Positions 39,801 through 55,827 of a DNA stretch of 64,000 nucleotides are shown piece by piece. Origin of the DNA: Octopus vulgaris (Eukaryota); NCBI GenBank assembly GCA_951406725.2, contig OX597831.1:10912001-10976000 (forward strand), given 5' to 3'. A model generated the notes under the pieces. That model ran no database searches, was not told the origin of the DNA, and saw only the letters and a list, made by a program, of their open reading frames with translations. The position numbers and the translations under genes are program-made. Numbering within the stretch: the first letter of the stretch is position 1; every line of letters starts with the position of its first letter.

Positions 39801-42800
39801 TTCTCATTTTTTTTTTCGTCTTTTCCTTATCCGGATCTGTCCATTGCTTGCTTGATACCAGTTCTGCTATCACACTCACTTCCCTCTTTTCTTTAATATC
39901 ATAATGTGCCTCTTTCGGAATTATTATGTCAATTTATCGATTGATAGTTTTCAGATACAAAATTTATATTTTAATCAATTAGATTATTGCCATATTTTCC
40001 GTGGGAAGAAGAACAGATCGAACATAATCTATCAGTTTTAAAATCTCTATTTCTTGCTTACGGCTTTTTGTCATTGCATTGCTCTGGCTAAACGAAAACT
40101 TAACTCAATATTATTACGCATAATATGGAATGTATTCTTTACACGTTTTTCAAATATCTCTCTTGAACATCTCAACATTCAGACAAAGTATTCACAGTTA
40201 TTATTTCAGCCTCCATACCAGAAACGTGAGTAATGTTGCCAGCAGTGGCCTTTTTGCTCCTTACAGTAGCCTTCAATGTAAACTATATGTATTCGTATCC
40301 AGGACAGTAGCGCCATCTGCCGACGTCGTCACGAGACATAGACAACTCTAGCACTCAAATGGTTATACATTCCACTGGACTCAACAAGTCCTGCATTATA
40401 CTCACGCAGCGTAACATGAAATTAAAATGAAATGAAAATTTTACCCTAAACAATCAACATCAACCCTCAACCCATAGAAAGAATCCTTTTTATTATATCT
40501 ATACGTCTCCAGCTTTAGGAATCTGTTAGTCGAAAGTCACAATTAACCCACTCTCTCTAGGACTTTCATACATAAGTGCAAAGGCTGAACTCTTACAAAG
40601 AAATCTTAATATCATAGAACAGTTAGGTTTGTGATCTTGACAAATGAACATTAATCACTGCTATATTTTCTCGTCCTTTCCAGAAACTATTACCAAGACT
40701 GCTTTGTATTGACAATAAGGTGGAGCTACTAGGTTTCTATTGTGCTTGATTTGCCCTTGTGTAATTTGGAATATGTATAAACTTACGTTAGATTGATGTC
40801 ATGTTCTGGACTGAAATATATATTCTTTACTTCGTCCGTCCTTCAGACTTTTATTGGTATTTGTTCTGCTGTTGGAACACAACATCGGCTCCGTAAGGCA
40901 GTCAAAAGTAATGTGCTACACTTTCACTATTTGTCAGCAATCTCTCATGTTTTCTGAAAGGAGAATGCGCCAAATCATGCGCATGCCTGGAAGTTGTATC
41001 TGTCGCATATGTGTAAACATTTTCTTAATTTTTTTAATGCATTAAAGATAAATGGAAGAGCTTTTACGATTGGGGAAGTGGTAAGGGTGAAGCTGAGCCT
41101 CGGACCAGAAACCTGGCGAGAAGCACTGAAGCCATCTAAAGACTATAAAAATTACATAATGTCTTGGTTGAGGGGTTAAACCGTTTGATCAACAACAAGG
41201 TACAGTTCATCAGACGGGGTCCCTCGCTTATTCGGGCTTCGAAATGTCATTTCCAAGAATTTGGTCGACGCGAAGTGATTATAGAAAATATTTGATATCA
41301 CACAGATGAATCGAACCTCAAACTTTAGTGATGAATCGAATGCTTTCACCACGCAGCCATACAGGTTCAGCAATACACATTACTTATGCTCAGTAATGTA
41401 TTGTATGCTACGGACTCTTGCCGAAGGGTCTACGTCCGGGTGAACTTACGTACATAGGTTCGTTGTGCATATTTCTAGATTAAATTCATTCTTCATCTAA
41501 GATTATGCATTTGTTCGAGTATTTTTATCCCTCCAAAATGTTTAAAACCTGGCATAAAGAGCTTTATTTTCATCTCATCCTTTGATAATATCATTTCAGA
41601 TGAAAGCAAGAAATCAATATTAGCATTGCTGCAAAGAATCAATACAATTTCAGATAAATTAATGTTGGCCCTTTTAAGAGCACAACTACGGTAGTTCATT
41701 TCAGTTCTACTGCTTCTATATTTGTGATCATATCTTTGCCAATATCGGTTAATTTTAGTTGTCTTGGCATGATGCATTTCAAATGTTATGTCTAATTTAG
41801 AATTAAGCTTATCTAAACCGTTAGTTTTTGCTATATTAAAAGATCCAAGCTTTTAAACCTTTTTTGTTTTTTAATTTTCATTTAACCTGGCCGTTCATAA
41901 ATGTGAGACTTATTTCGAGATTCGGATATTAGATATATCGGGTGAATCTCTCTGAATCTTCAGAAGAGGCATAACATTCGGGTTATGGGGGTAAATATAA
42001 ACTCACTTTTAATATGGAAATTATAATTATAATGTATTTATTTTTTGCATTTCCTTTGCAAGATTCTTGATATGAAATTGTGTACGGAAACAGATTTTGT
42101 TGTATCCATGGAGGGTCATTTTGCGAATAATAAACACACTTACTGTTTCTATTTTATTTCTTTTGGCATTTGCCAATTAATTAACATTTAACCAATTAAC
42201 TAAACGATTGTCTGATTAATCGTTTGGTCAATCAATCGATCAGCTAATTTTGTATAAGTCCTTTCGTCGCCATTCGTGGACTCGTCAATTACATACTCTC
42301 TCTACTTCCGGTTTGCTTCGGGTTTGTCAAGAGACCACCATGCATATTTTTAGTTCCTGTTTAGTCTTAGGTCATTAAAAATGTGTTTTTATATCTTTAC
42401 AAAATCGTAACCTTATTCATAAATGATGTGCAAGGTTCAAATATTTCTGCTGACTCCAGAAAAATGAAAATGGTTGGTCTCGAGAGATTAGAAACGAGAA
42501 AGTCAAGATGATACTTTACTTTAGCATTAGACAGAATCGTTGATAGAAATAAGTAATACTGATCGTTGTCAGCCTTACATAGTCGCTCGCCCAGCTAAAA
42601 ATGGCAGCCAAAATTCCTTCGAAACGTACATTACTCACTTCAATATAGAACTGATACATTTTATAATGTAGTCGTAAACTGTTTCATATAATTAAAGTAC
42701 AAGACCATAACCCCAGTACGCGACTGATATAGTAATCAACCTTAGAAAACCAAATTAGCCTCGACAGGATTTGAACTGCATCCTATTCCGTGCTCTAATA

Positions 42801-42846
42801 GCTCTACCAATTTTGCAGTGTGGGTGTGCGCGCATTTTATTTTATT

Positions 42847-42952
<106 letters not shown>

Positions 42953-42984
42953 GTATGTATATTCATATAAACTGTTACAAAGCA

Positions 42985-43019
<35 letters not shown>

Positions 43020-43024
43020 GAAAT

Positions 43025-43195
43025 GTATAGAAAAACAAAAGACGAAGACAGTTGTATGAGCAACAAGCGTGTTAGTTTGACGTTCGGGAAAATGAAAAAG
43101 TCCTTTATGTTTCGAGCATACGCTCTTCAATAGAAAGGAATAAGAGAAAACAAACAGAGATAGAAGGAAAAAAGCTTGTAGATTTCAGCGTTCCG
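43025..43195 (-). mobile_element. Penelope-like hammerhead-like short element, copy 3
   Basis: Minus strand cctttCTATTGAaGAGCgtatGCTCGAAACATAaagg; homologous to the 1468 and 6047 copies; next to (TA)n. Confidence 0.55.
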
Positions 43196-43611
43196 CGGTC
43201 AAACCACTAAAAACAAGTAAAAAAAATTGCAGAATATATAGTTATAAACGACAGAGAAATATTTTAATGAACTTTTATTTAAACAATAAAAAAAATCCTG
43301 TAATCACGCCAAATTGTTTCGTAACTAAAAACATGTGAATAATTTACATTATCATATTTAACAATAAACATATTACATACATGTCTCTTTATCCTTTTCG
43401 CATGTATATTACTGTATATTTTATATGCTTTGTACAATGATACATTAAGGAGCTCTCTTGTTAAGAGTATCGTTCGATACAGATCATTTATCTCGGGATA
43501 GAACCTACTGGGCGGAATACGATCCAAGTACCATAGCTGTTATTTGTAGATTATTATTATTATTATTATTATTTCTAGTGTTCTTGTTATGATTTTTCTT
43601 GTTGTTGATTT

Positions 43612-43828
43612 CAGGCAGCGAGCTAGCTGAATCATTAGCACGCCGCACGAAATGCTTAGCAGCATTTCATCCGACTTTACGTTCTGAGTTCAAATTTCGC
43701 CGAGGTCGATTTTGCCTTTCAACATTTCGAGTTCGGTAAAATCAGTATAAGTTGAGTTCTCGGGGTCGTCATAAGCTACCAACCGCCCTTCTCATAAACT
43801 GCAGGCCTTGGGCCTATAATAGAATGGA
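43612..43828 (+). mobile_element. SINE family A, tail B, older copy
   Basis: Head, B-box and ggccttgggcctataatagaa tail. Confidence 0.75.
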
Positions 43829-44262
43829 TTGCTATTATTATTATTACTATTGATATTATCATAATCATTATCATCATCATCAACATCATCATTATTATTG
43901 ATATTACTGTGTGCGTGTGTTTGTATATTTGTGTCGGTACATCTGTCATTTTCGGCCAACTTTAAATCGACCGCTGTATGACTGATAGCCGAGTGTATCG
44001 TCCTTAAGAGAGATTCGAGCTTCGCATAATAATTTTGCAATCTGAAGAGGAGGTTTATTATTGGTGGAGATATTTATGTGTGTCAATGCATTAATTTCGG
44101 TTTTTGTTCGTTCATATTGTGTCCCTTATTACTCTTTTGATGTCTCAGCAGGAATGGAGACCTTTCATGTTGAACCCTTTTGTCTAGATTACAATTAAGA
44201 TTTACTCCGTTGCCTTTTAGACACGCATGCAACAATTTACCAAGACACACACGCATTAAGAT

Positions 44263-44304
<42 letters not shown>

Positions 44305-44577
44305 AAGAGTGGGAGAGAGAGTGATAGATAGACAGAGAGGGATAGAGATATAGATAGATATATAGATAGATATATATATATATAGATATAGATATATGCG
44401 TTTGTAGTGTATACATGCACTTACCGAACATATGTACATACATAACACATACATACATTCATACATATACGTATATACATGTATGTATATATATACATGT
44501 ATATATATATATGCATATATACATATATATATGAGGATCCATATACCTATGTGTATGCATGTGTTTAAATATATATG

Positions 44578-44646
<69 letters not shown>

Positions 44647-44989
44647 TAAAACGTTATAGGTTTAGAGCATATGTATACTCTTACAAACACATACACACAC
44701 AGATTGTATATATTTTACATCTTCTGAGTGAATGTAGTTGCTTCCCTATAAATTCTTCAACAAGCAGAAATCGATAATGCATATGCATCACAAAATTATT
44801 CCCGATACAAAAAGAATCAGGATATTTTCATTAATGAGACTTCGATTCTTTACTTATTCTCTCTATTGCAATACATGGAACTTAATGTATACCATATTCC
44901 AAATACTATATATATATATAAACACATGTATACATATATGTCTATTTATATGTGTGCATTTACATATATATATATGAATGTATATATAC

Positions 44990-45038
<49 letters not shown>

Positions 45039-45059
45039 TATATAATATATATGTATATA

Positions 45060-45542
<483 letters not shown>

Positions 45543-46470
45543 CAAGATTGGCTTACAGCTGTTTCCAGTAGTTGTTATAGGTACGTTACTAATAGGTTAA
45601 TAGGTTTCTCAATCAGTTGAGAAAAGTTGAACGTCCTAAAAGATTAATACTAGTTTCGTCAGAGATATTTCTGGGTATAACTGTGTAGAAATAGTTTGAC
45701 TGGAGCGTAAACGCGGATTTACAATATAGAATGATGATGAACAATAACCTCAGATCCTGCCATTGGAATAGTTGGATATCTTTACTAACTGAAGCAATAT
45801 TATTAGCCTGGAGTTCCAACAGAGCGCTTATCAAGTATTTTGCATGGATTGATCATCCTTCACCAATAACTCTCTTTTAATATATATATATATGCAGAGA
45901 GAGAGACAGACAGACAGACAGAGAAGTAGAGAGAGAAGTTTCTATATGTAAGTGTGAATAGTTGTGTGTGTGACAGGTTCAAATCCGTCTATTTTTTTTT
46001 AAAACAGATTGTAAATAACCACTGGCCATTCCTTTCCCATTTTTACATCGTCGTGCCGTACTAATCGAAAATGATGGCTCTTAGTTTTCTTTCCATCCAT
46101 TTTGCTTTTGTTTCAATCTTTACACCATTCTTGTGTTGCTTCGTTTTACCTCCATTCACTCCATTTATCTCAATGACTCACTCATTCTTCAGTGCGTGTG
46201 TGTGTGTGTGTATGGTGTGTGTGTGTGTGTATGGTGTGTGTGTGTGTGTATGGTGTGTGTGTGTGTGTATGGTGTGTGTGTGTGTGTATGGTGTGTGTGT
46301 GTGTGTGTGTCTGAGTATGGAATCGTTGTGTCTTTTAGAACTATAATTGCAACAACCTAGCTTTAGTTTCAGTTCCAGTGTGAGGGCCTTTTGGAAAAGT
46401 GTCTTCTACTATAGATCCGAGCTGACTTGTTTCTTGGGTGAATGGGGTAGAAAGAAATATGAAACTCTGT

Positions 46471-46522
<52 letters not shown>

Positions 46523-46784
46523 TGTGTGTGTGTGTGCGTGTGTGTGTGTGCATGTTCAAGCGGGTGATATGTGTGTGCGTGCGTGATGTCCCCCAATGTC
46601 CTTACAACCGGTGTTGTATATTTTTTACTTCCCCAATAGGTAGCATTTCGGCAACACAAGGATAGAATAGTACCACACTTTGAAAATAAGCACTAAAACT
46701 GTCCAGGCGGTGCCCCAGCATGGCCGAACTCCATTCACTGAAACAAAAGATAAAGGATTTTCTATATATATGCATAAATAATAA

Positions 46785-46868
<84 letters not shown>

Positions 46869-48156
46869 AGAGGAGGAAAGAAAGACAGAGATATAGAGAG
46901 ATGTTTATACATATATCAGTATATAGTTATGCTTGTTTATGTAAATTTCCGTCGCTTTTTTCCCTCCGCAGCAAACCTCTACCCCACCTCCAATCTCCTT
47001 TCCCACTGTCTGCACTATATATATGCTTTGTTCTTCTAAACGAAGCGATCTTTTCCTCTCTCTCTCCCTTCTCTTTCTCTACCACTCACTCCATCATTCC
47101 TTCATTTTCTATACTCTCCTTTCTATGCTTTACTTCATTAATTCCTGCAATCTATTTTACCGAATTAGCTTTACACCTTTCATGTTCGCGCTGTTCCCTC
47201 CTCCTCCGACGAAGTCGTTTTTCCTATTCTTCTTTGTGTTTAACTTTCTGCTTGCGTAACCGTTTCTTATACGCTATTATATCTCATTTTGCCAATCTTT
47301 CATTCGTCTATTTATCTATCTAATTATTCATTCTCTTGTAATAGTTTCCTTTTCTCACACCAACTTGTGTCAAAGTTGAAGTGGATGTAAAAGCACGAGA
47401 AACAGATGAAATACAGTTTAAATATTAGTTTCACTCTTGGCAGAGAAAAATATATTTGTAGAGACATCTTACGTTTCTGTGTAAATATCGTCGGAGAAAA
47501 CAACAAAAATGAGTGGGAAGAAGAGGAAGAAGAGAAAGCCAGAGAGACATTATAAATATATGTTGTAATAGAAGGTCACCATGTCCAAAGATAAAAATGG
47601 AGACAAAACCGGAATTTTTTTTCTTTTCGTTTTGTGTGTGCGTATGGCTCAGACATCAAAGCCAAGTGAGATTGTGGGAGAGTGTAAATTTATTATGTGT
47701 TGTATAGGTTCTACTGAATGAAGTGTGGCAAGGGTGTGTTGGCGTGTTGTACGCGTTAGTATGTTGTGTGTGGATACGTGTGGATATGTGTATATATACG
47801 TGTGGATCTGTAGAAATTATTGTGCTTGTGTGTTTGGATGTAGATAGTAACAAAGAATGAAAGCAATGATTTCCTATTTGCTGTTCTGTTAGTATGTGTG
47901 AGGGTAGAATGTTTGATTTGCATTCGGGCGCAGCAGTAGAAGAGTGAGTTATGCAGAGCAAGACCGAAAGCGTCGAGGTACCGAGGTGTACGGTGCCTTG
48001 AATACGTTGAGTTTAGAGCTGAGAATGGTCCGACAACAAATTATATAAGGTTTCCGTAGATTTATTATTTCAAACAGTTTTCTTTTACATATGTGCAAGT
48101 GAATTATATACGTTATTTACATTTGAAGGATATTTGTCCTCATCTTGTTTGTTGTT

Positions 48157-48204
48157 AACACAACGTTTCGGCTGATATACCCTCCAGCCTTCATCAGGTG
48201 TCTT
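48157..48204 (-). ncRNA. Minimal type I hammerhead ribozyme (Penelope-type)
   Basis: Minus strand gacac-CTGATGA-a-GGCTG gagggtatat CAGCC-GAAA-CG-TT-gtgtt. Canonical core, stem II, palindromic ACGT stem III, GUU triplet and stem I. Confidence 0.75.
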
Positions 48205-48251
48205 GGGGAAATTTCAAACCTGGGTTCTCATTCCTAAGGTATTTTTCGATG

Positions 48252-48440
<189 letters not shown>

Positions 48441-48894
48441 TTCAGGTCGTCACTGCCTGGAACCGACATCGGAATCTTGGAGTTCGAATCTGGGCCGAAG
48501 CATTATAACACTAATGTAAATTCGGCGTTTTTCTGAGAATATGTTAATTTTCTAATCTACTGTTTTTAGCATCGTTCATACTTATTCAACAACACGAACA
48601 AAATTAGTAATGGTTGACATTTGAAACAAGCTCGTGTGTGTGTACATGCGCGTGTGTGTGGGGGTGGTGATAGAACCTCCCAAAATTAGACCCCAATATC
48701 TAAGTGTTAACTAAACCTATAATCTATTCTGAAGCTTCTGACGTGGAGATCTACCCTCATTCTATCGGGTGGTATCTGGAAGGTTCGTTCATGGCCCACA
48801 GCCACCCAGTTGGAAATGAAAGAGTCTTATGATCAATATCTTCTTTCATTTAAATCCAAGTTAAGAGCAATCTGTCTGTCTGTCTCTATCTCTT

Positions 48895-49245
48895 TCTCTC
48901 TCCTTCTTCTTCTTCTTCTTCTTCTCTTCCTACTCTTTCTTCTCCTTCTCCTTCTTCCCCTCTTTCTTCTTCTTCTTCTCCTCTTTCTTCTTCTTCCCCT
49001 CTTTCTGCTTCTTCTTCTTCTTCTTCTTCTTCTTCTCCTCCTCTTTCTTGTTTTTTTTCTTCTTCTTCTTCTTCTTCTTCTCCTCCTCCTCCTCCTCCTC
49101 TTTCTTCTTATTCTTCTTCTTCTTCTTCTCCTCTTTCTTCTCCTCTTTCTTCTTCTTCTTCTTCTCATCTTTCTTCTTCTTCTTCTTCTTCTCCTCCTCC
49201 TCCTTCTTCTTCTTCTTCTTCTTCTCCTCCTCCTCCTCCTCCTTC
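48895..49245. repeat. (CTT/CTC)n polypyrimidine tract
   Basis: Directly visible; source of poly-L/K/R/E pseudo-ORFs. Confidence 0.97.
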
Positions 49246-49846
49246 ATTTGGAAGCTTCAAAACCAAGGATATGACATCCACTCTAACGAGAAATATTGTC
49301 GATTGATCCTTTCCATACTTCAATGGATTTTTGCAATATCGGGCTCAGACTCTTTCAAAACCTTTATGACTTCAATCAACCCGCGGTATACTTCAAACGA
49401 AAATTCAAAGTGACTTCTAACTTCCGCTGTCGGCAATTCTTTTGTCCTGTGTCACTTCCAACTGACTTATTTCAGAAAATATTGACAGGAGAAATTGATC
49501 AGTTTCAAATGTTAATCCCGGCCAAACTTCTTTCTCTACCTCTTAGTAGCATCTCTGCTAGCTAATACATCACGTGGGGTTATGCAAGCGGTCTGCAGCA
49601 GTTTCTACCACGTGACTTGGCTCCTCCGCTGGAAAGCTAACTTATTTGCCAACATTAAAATAGCCATACTTCAAGTTTAACATAGCTAAGACTTCACACT
49701 TTATAGATATCTGATAACACTCGCTCTTCTTTGTGCAGCTGCTGTGTGTAACATAAACTGCCGATTTACAAGTGTAAAATCCGCTTAATATATTTATGAT
49801 ACAATGTAATCATAAGATAATATCCTTTCTATATGTACTTGTATAT

Positions 49847-50990
49847 ACGGGATTTGTACCGAAAGTAATAGCATAACTATTTTACTGACAGAGGTCGTTC
49901 AAATTGCACATGTTGATAGAGAAGGAACTCTTTCTCCATAAAATATATTAATGAATATTCTCTCCATCAGTAGTGATGATTTGACCATCGTTGGACCCAG
50001 CTCTAGAATCTCCCTCGATAATATTCAGGTGTTCTGAGTCACCAAGACGTTATCTTCGAAGTCCGACGACGCCAGATATGAACTGCACTACGGTGAATGA
50101 GGTACCAATCATCGACCCAATTTACCGTAAAAGAGACTTGTGGTCATGCATCGTCGAAGAGAATTGAAATCTGTTCGAGTTTTTGTTCGATATTTTCTCC
50201 GTTTCGTTACGCTTTTTAGTGCTACAATGCTCCGCTCGCTGCTCACGGCACAGTGACGTTCCAAAACTCAAAGAGAATGGCGTTCTTGTCAGCCCAGAAA
50301 ACAGTCATTATGACATTCCGTCTTGATCACTAGTTCTTGAACGTCTTAGGTTTTCGAGAAAAGGTGTGATGCCATTCCCCAGACGGAGCCTTCAATTCCT
50401 AACCATAAAGATACGTACATATTTCATCCTTTGTGTACTGTTTGTGTTCTGATCGAAATAAAAGCGTGCTTTTATTGGTTTCTAACATTTTGAGTAGATT
50501 GGAGTAGGCTTCCATACTTTTCTCTTTCAAATCGAGTGACTGGATGGCAATTTGCACACACTTTCTCACACCCGGTGTCCTCCATTTTCTGCAGTCAAGT
50601 TGTGGAACAAGAGCACAGATTGTGAGTTCCCTATCCGCGCGAATGAATTTGTTCACTTACACTTTCATGTCATTGGCCGCAGTTAAAGGTTTCCCAGTGC
50701 ATGGTTTGTCTCAAATGCTGGTCTCCCGTTCTTAAATCTTCTTTAAGGCCAAGAGTCGTCTGTACTCAGTGCTCACTTCAATGTTGTCATCTTTGTGGAC
50801 ATCCAGTAACTTTCTGTAGGGGTCACATTTTCTGAACCTCTCTGAATGTTACTCCTGCTTTGAACCCATTATATTCTTGGCATAAAGAAGAACAGGAAGA
50901 ACAATTATTTTGCAGGAAGTGGTGCCCCAACAAAATGTGCAATTCCAGTTATCTATATCACTTTAAATAAGTTATACCCACTTTTCTATT
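49847..50990 (-). mobile_element. Decayed mariner transposon
   Basis: Fragments IRADRELT, KDEICTYLY (GDE motif), WEWHHTFSRKPK, MTVFWA and PHSP*CSSYLASSDF (PHPPYSPDLAPSDF-like). TA + cgggatttgtaccgaaagtaat at one end. Confidence 0.72.
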
Positions 50991-51199
50991 ACTTCCAATA
51001 GAAAGGTAGATTTTATTTTTTAGGAGTGAATGCCGAGAGATTGATAAATAGATAGAATTATGTGGGTGTGTATATATATATACATACATATTAGCATTTG
51101 CATACTTATGTAAATTTTTGCGTGTGTATACACGCATACATATAGAGTATTATACATATACATGCATAGATATACATACTAACGTGTGTTTAAATATAT

Positions 51200-51310
<111 letters not shown>

Positions 51311-54300
51311 CAGAACATTATTAAAACGTACAACTCTCTTCTCTGTGTCAAGAAAACATTATAGAGAAATCAGAGGCCGAACTTCCATTACGTTTCTGTG
51401 TGTTTTAAGACCAGCGCTGATGGATTTGCAGTTTCCAAATATATCCCATCAATTCTATAATTGGGATGCCCTGCGTTTCAATGAATCTCTTAATCACGAA
51501 GCCAAATTCGCCAATAACCGCGAATAGAAATGTTACCAAGTTGATTGAAAACTCTAGTTTTGTTTCTTTTTTTTTTTTTCGGCTCCTAGAAATTCTGTTT
51601 CCTATTTATTTTTATCTGTGAGCCTTACGTTTTGTCAAGTGTTAGCTTCTGCATTATTTTCCTTCGGCATTTTCTGTAGCGGGAATGTGTTAGGTTTATT
51701 GATTTGTTCCATGGAGTCCCTTTTTTCCTTCTTATATGCCTTCCACCACACAGATTTATTGTAATTTGACAGTCTTTACTATTTATTTTAATGGAAAATA
51801 TTGTGGGTTTTTTTTTTTTGTTCTTTTATACGATTTCATTACACGTGGTGAAATATTGCCTTTATGACGTTAGTAGCTACGGAATGGAACGATAAGGCGC
51901 GGCTCTCTGGACTCTGGCGATTTGGCACAGCTAACTGGACAGTCAGTACTTTTCGGTGCTGGAGGCAAACACAGACCCGCAGACATTTACACATGCAGAT
52001 CGAAAAAATAAGAGAAGGAGATTGAGATAAAATTGGTTAAATGAATACGATTGACAAAAACACTTTCTGTATCATCATAAACATAAAGAGCAATATGATC
52101 ACACCCATAAGTAGAGAAAAATGTGGGGTAGGATGGAGAGGACGAGAAAATCATTTAAACGAACAAAACTTTAAAATGTTTGATGCCAAATAAATCAGCT
52201 TCGAATCAGCGACGCCAAAACAGCAGCGGCGAAACCTCTCCTCCCCAGGTAGATGACTCCTGACAGGAAGCCATCCTGATTCGCTTTACATGCTGTTCTT
52301 CTGTGTTCTGAATTCGTTTTCTGATTTTTTACGAAGCTCTGGTGTTAATTTTATTCTTCATTTTATGAAACAAGAATGTGTTTTAGTAAAGCATCTATAT
52401 TTATTATTTACGATTATTTGCAATTTCAAAGTTAGATCGTACATGTGTGTAAAGGTGAGAGTTTTGTAAGAAAGTAAATTTAGAAGTAAATTACCGTATT
52501 TAATCAGATATAAGTCACCCCTAACTTAGTGTTAAATTTTGATGCAAAACATTTCCCCTTCATAGTTTTAAACTTGGACCGCGTATCAATCGCTCCTCAG
52601 TTGTAGCAAAAAAATCAATCATAAAATAGCGGTACAGAAGTACACGAGTGTAATATTTAGAAGTTTGATTATGCGTATCTCATGAGAAGAGAAAACTGCG
52701 GCGTCAAGTGAGGTTTATTCTTGAACGACAAACAAACAGAAGACGCTGGAGATAAGAAAAAAAAGCAAATTCATCTCAGCTTTGGAAAGTATAAAACTTT
52801 ACTCTGAGGCAAATGACATTTGGGTGGCTGCGGTTTAACATCTCGGTAATTCTTGTGAGAGTATCGTCTCAAATGCTCATCTATTGGTTGGCTTTAACCA
52901 TTTCACTTTAACAAATTTTGACCACTTGAAATATTTTGAACCATGAGAAGAATGATTGTTTTCATGTTGTTTTTTTCTTTTAAATGAGCTGTGTTGTTTT
53001 GTTTATGTATTTTTCAATGACAATAATATTTGAGTTAAGGGCAGGTAATGTTTTAAGCTAAGAAGAAAATTGAGTAATTGAAGTTTTGCTTGTTATGTCT
53101 GCAATGTTTTAAAATACGAACGTACGAAACGTGATGCTTAATTTTAAGATATATGCGTGAGTGCTCGTCATTTAGAACGATGGTTGTGGAATGAAAGATA
53201 TTTTAAACATTAAGTGAAGGATGAACGATATTTCAAGTAGTTGAAAGAAGTAGATATTTTAAGATGCAGTTGTAGGAAGTGTGATAATTTAAATTACTAA
53301 TAGAGAAAGCGAGATGTTATGTTCTGCTATAGCCGTAAGATATGCAATAATTTAAACTGAAGAGCGGGCTGAGCGATATTTGAAGCTGCTTTGAAGCTGC
53401 ATATGTTGGCTGTGAAATATTTAGTTTGGAATACGATATGTTATAGCGTTATTGTATGATATTTTTGTAGTTATCGTTACTTCCACAGAACTAAAAAGAA
53501 TGTGCACTTCTTTCCACAACTGCTGGCAAAGTCTGTTCAAAATTCTACAAGGTCTTTCATAGCAGCAGGTCTTTGTGAAATAGAAACAGCTCCTTCTTCT
53601 GCCAGAATATGAAGACATAGCGACTAAGAGGTGCCAATTCGCTCCTGGCTGAGTGACTGCATTATTTACAGTACTTTAAGCTGCACATTGATGATATGCG
53701 AATTAGAGTTGGTATAGTTTTATTTATTGGAAATGTATTGTGTTTGTGTTTTCTTTTATTGTTGAATATAAATTAACAATTGAGTGGGAAGTGAATGACA
53801 GACGTGTCAGACAAGGAGAAAATATTTAGTTTATTATTCGATAGAAGAATGAAGAATAAGACAATTTATTTTGATATATTACCAACTCTGAAATTTATAT
53901 TATTACCAAAGCTCAGAAAGAATAAAACTTTGTGATAAAAGTAATATTTATGAGGTCAACTGTATTCTCTGAGAGAAGATCGAAGTGTTTGGTTTTGATG
54001 GTCACAAGTTTCTTTAGATTAATCAAGCATTCTTTCTAAGTTAATGATGGCCCTGTTGCAGGTAATGAAATTCACTAATGCAAGTGATCAACGAATTGAA
54101 ATGGTCAACATTAGGCGCAAGTACTCGGGTTGTTAATCAGTTACTGGGTTTATTTAAGTAAAAGGCAGATCATATATAAAGACATAACCAAATGTTTTGG
54201 CTTGTTTAGTTTTGTCAGAAGCGCTCAAACAAGAACTGCAAGTCGCTGTATTTGAATTTTATATCTTATTCAGGTAAAGGCTGGTGGCCTAATGATTTAA

Positions 54301-54594
54301 AGTGTTGTGCTTATGATCATAAGGTCACAGGTTCGAATCCTGAACTAATTGGCACAATGTGTCCTTGAAAGTGGCACATCATTTCACATTGAATTTATTT
54401 AACTGTAAAAAAACATCAACCAAATGCTTGTACAGTTCTCTCTCCCACCCTGATGATATTTGTAGGGTCAAAGACATGAAGGAGGAGAGGTTTCCTATGT
54501 CTTCTAGCCACAACACAGACACAGAAAACAATTAGTGGAAGCATGGTACATGCTAAAATGCCATACTCGTGGGTGGTGGTCCCGGTTCTTTTAA

Positions 54595-54781
54595 CTTCTT
54601 TTACTTTAGACTTGTTTCAGTCATCAAACTATGGCCATGCTGGGTAGTACGAATCAACCCCAAGACTTATTTGCTTTGGCACTTATTCTATCGATTGCCT
54701 TTTGCCAGACCGCTAGCACATGAGGATATAAACGCACCAAAACTGGCTATCGAGCGGTAACCGGGGGCAAACACAAAAAAC

Positions 54782-54849
<68 letters not shown>

Positions 54850-55026
54850 TATACATATACATACACTGCCGGCTTGTTTCAGTTTCCGTCTACCAAATCC
54901 ACACACATAGGTTTGGTCAACCCGTGGCTATAATAGAAGAGACTTGTCCAAGACACTTACCACGAAGTGGGACTGAACCTGGAACCACGTGACTGGGATG
55001 TACACATCTTTACCACACAGCCATGT
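54595..55026 (-). mobile_element. SINE family B with expanded internal (CA)n
   Basis: Reverse complement of head, body and tail. Confidence 0.8.
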
Positions 55027-55063
55027 GTATGATCAAAATGCAAAGCATTATATGTGTGCGCGC

Positions 55064-55154
<91 letters not shown>

Positions 55155-55586
55155 TGTGTGTGTATGTGTGTGTGTGTGTGACTTTCATAAGCAAGTTTCA
55201 AGCGATTTAATCATAAAACAAGTTGTTATAATCACACCCTCAGTAAGACTCAAACCACTCAGTACAAAGTATTTATATAAATTCGGCGTCAGCGATGTTT
55301 ATATATTCTTATTCTATATTTACAAAACAAAAACCTGGAATAATTTTATTCCAGTTCCATCATTGAAACCAAAGATTGCAAACTTCATTGATTTTTATAT
55401 CAAAATATCGTTCTTTTAGAAAAATTTGGACTCAAACCTCAACATGCCAAAACCAGTTATTCGACATCATTAATATTTCCTTACGCAAATATCATGATAT
55501 ATTTGGCATTGCATTGACTTATGAACTTTCTGGGATACAGTTTTTAGAGTTTAGAATGTAGTAGCATGGCAACGTACAGTCACAAA

Positions 55587-55820
55587 TGGCGACGAGCAGG
55601 CAGAATCGATAGCTCGCCGGGCGAAATGCTTAGCGGTATTTCGTCTGTCTTTACGTTCTGAGTTCAAATTCCACCGAGGTTGACTTTGCCTTTCATCTTT
55701 TCGGGGTCGACGAAATATGTACCAGTTACGCACTGGGGTCGCTGTAATCGACATAATCCGTTTGTCTGTCCTTGATTGTCCCCTCTATGTTTAGACCCCT
55801 GTGGGCAATAAAGAAATAAA
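55587..55820 (+). mobile_element. SINE family A, tail A
   Basis: Full head through cccctgtgggcaataaagaaat. Confidence 0.87.
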
Positions 55821-55827
55821 TATTTAT

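Noticed and set aside
41176-41373. KAFDS motif suggesting an RT relic
   Set aside because: Isolated motif with no neighbouring RT motifs recognisable.
51864-52025. Short 53-codon ORF in a GC-richer patch
   Set aside because: No recognisable homology; may be part of a decayed DNA transposon end.
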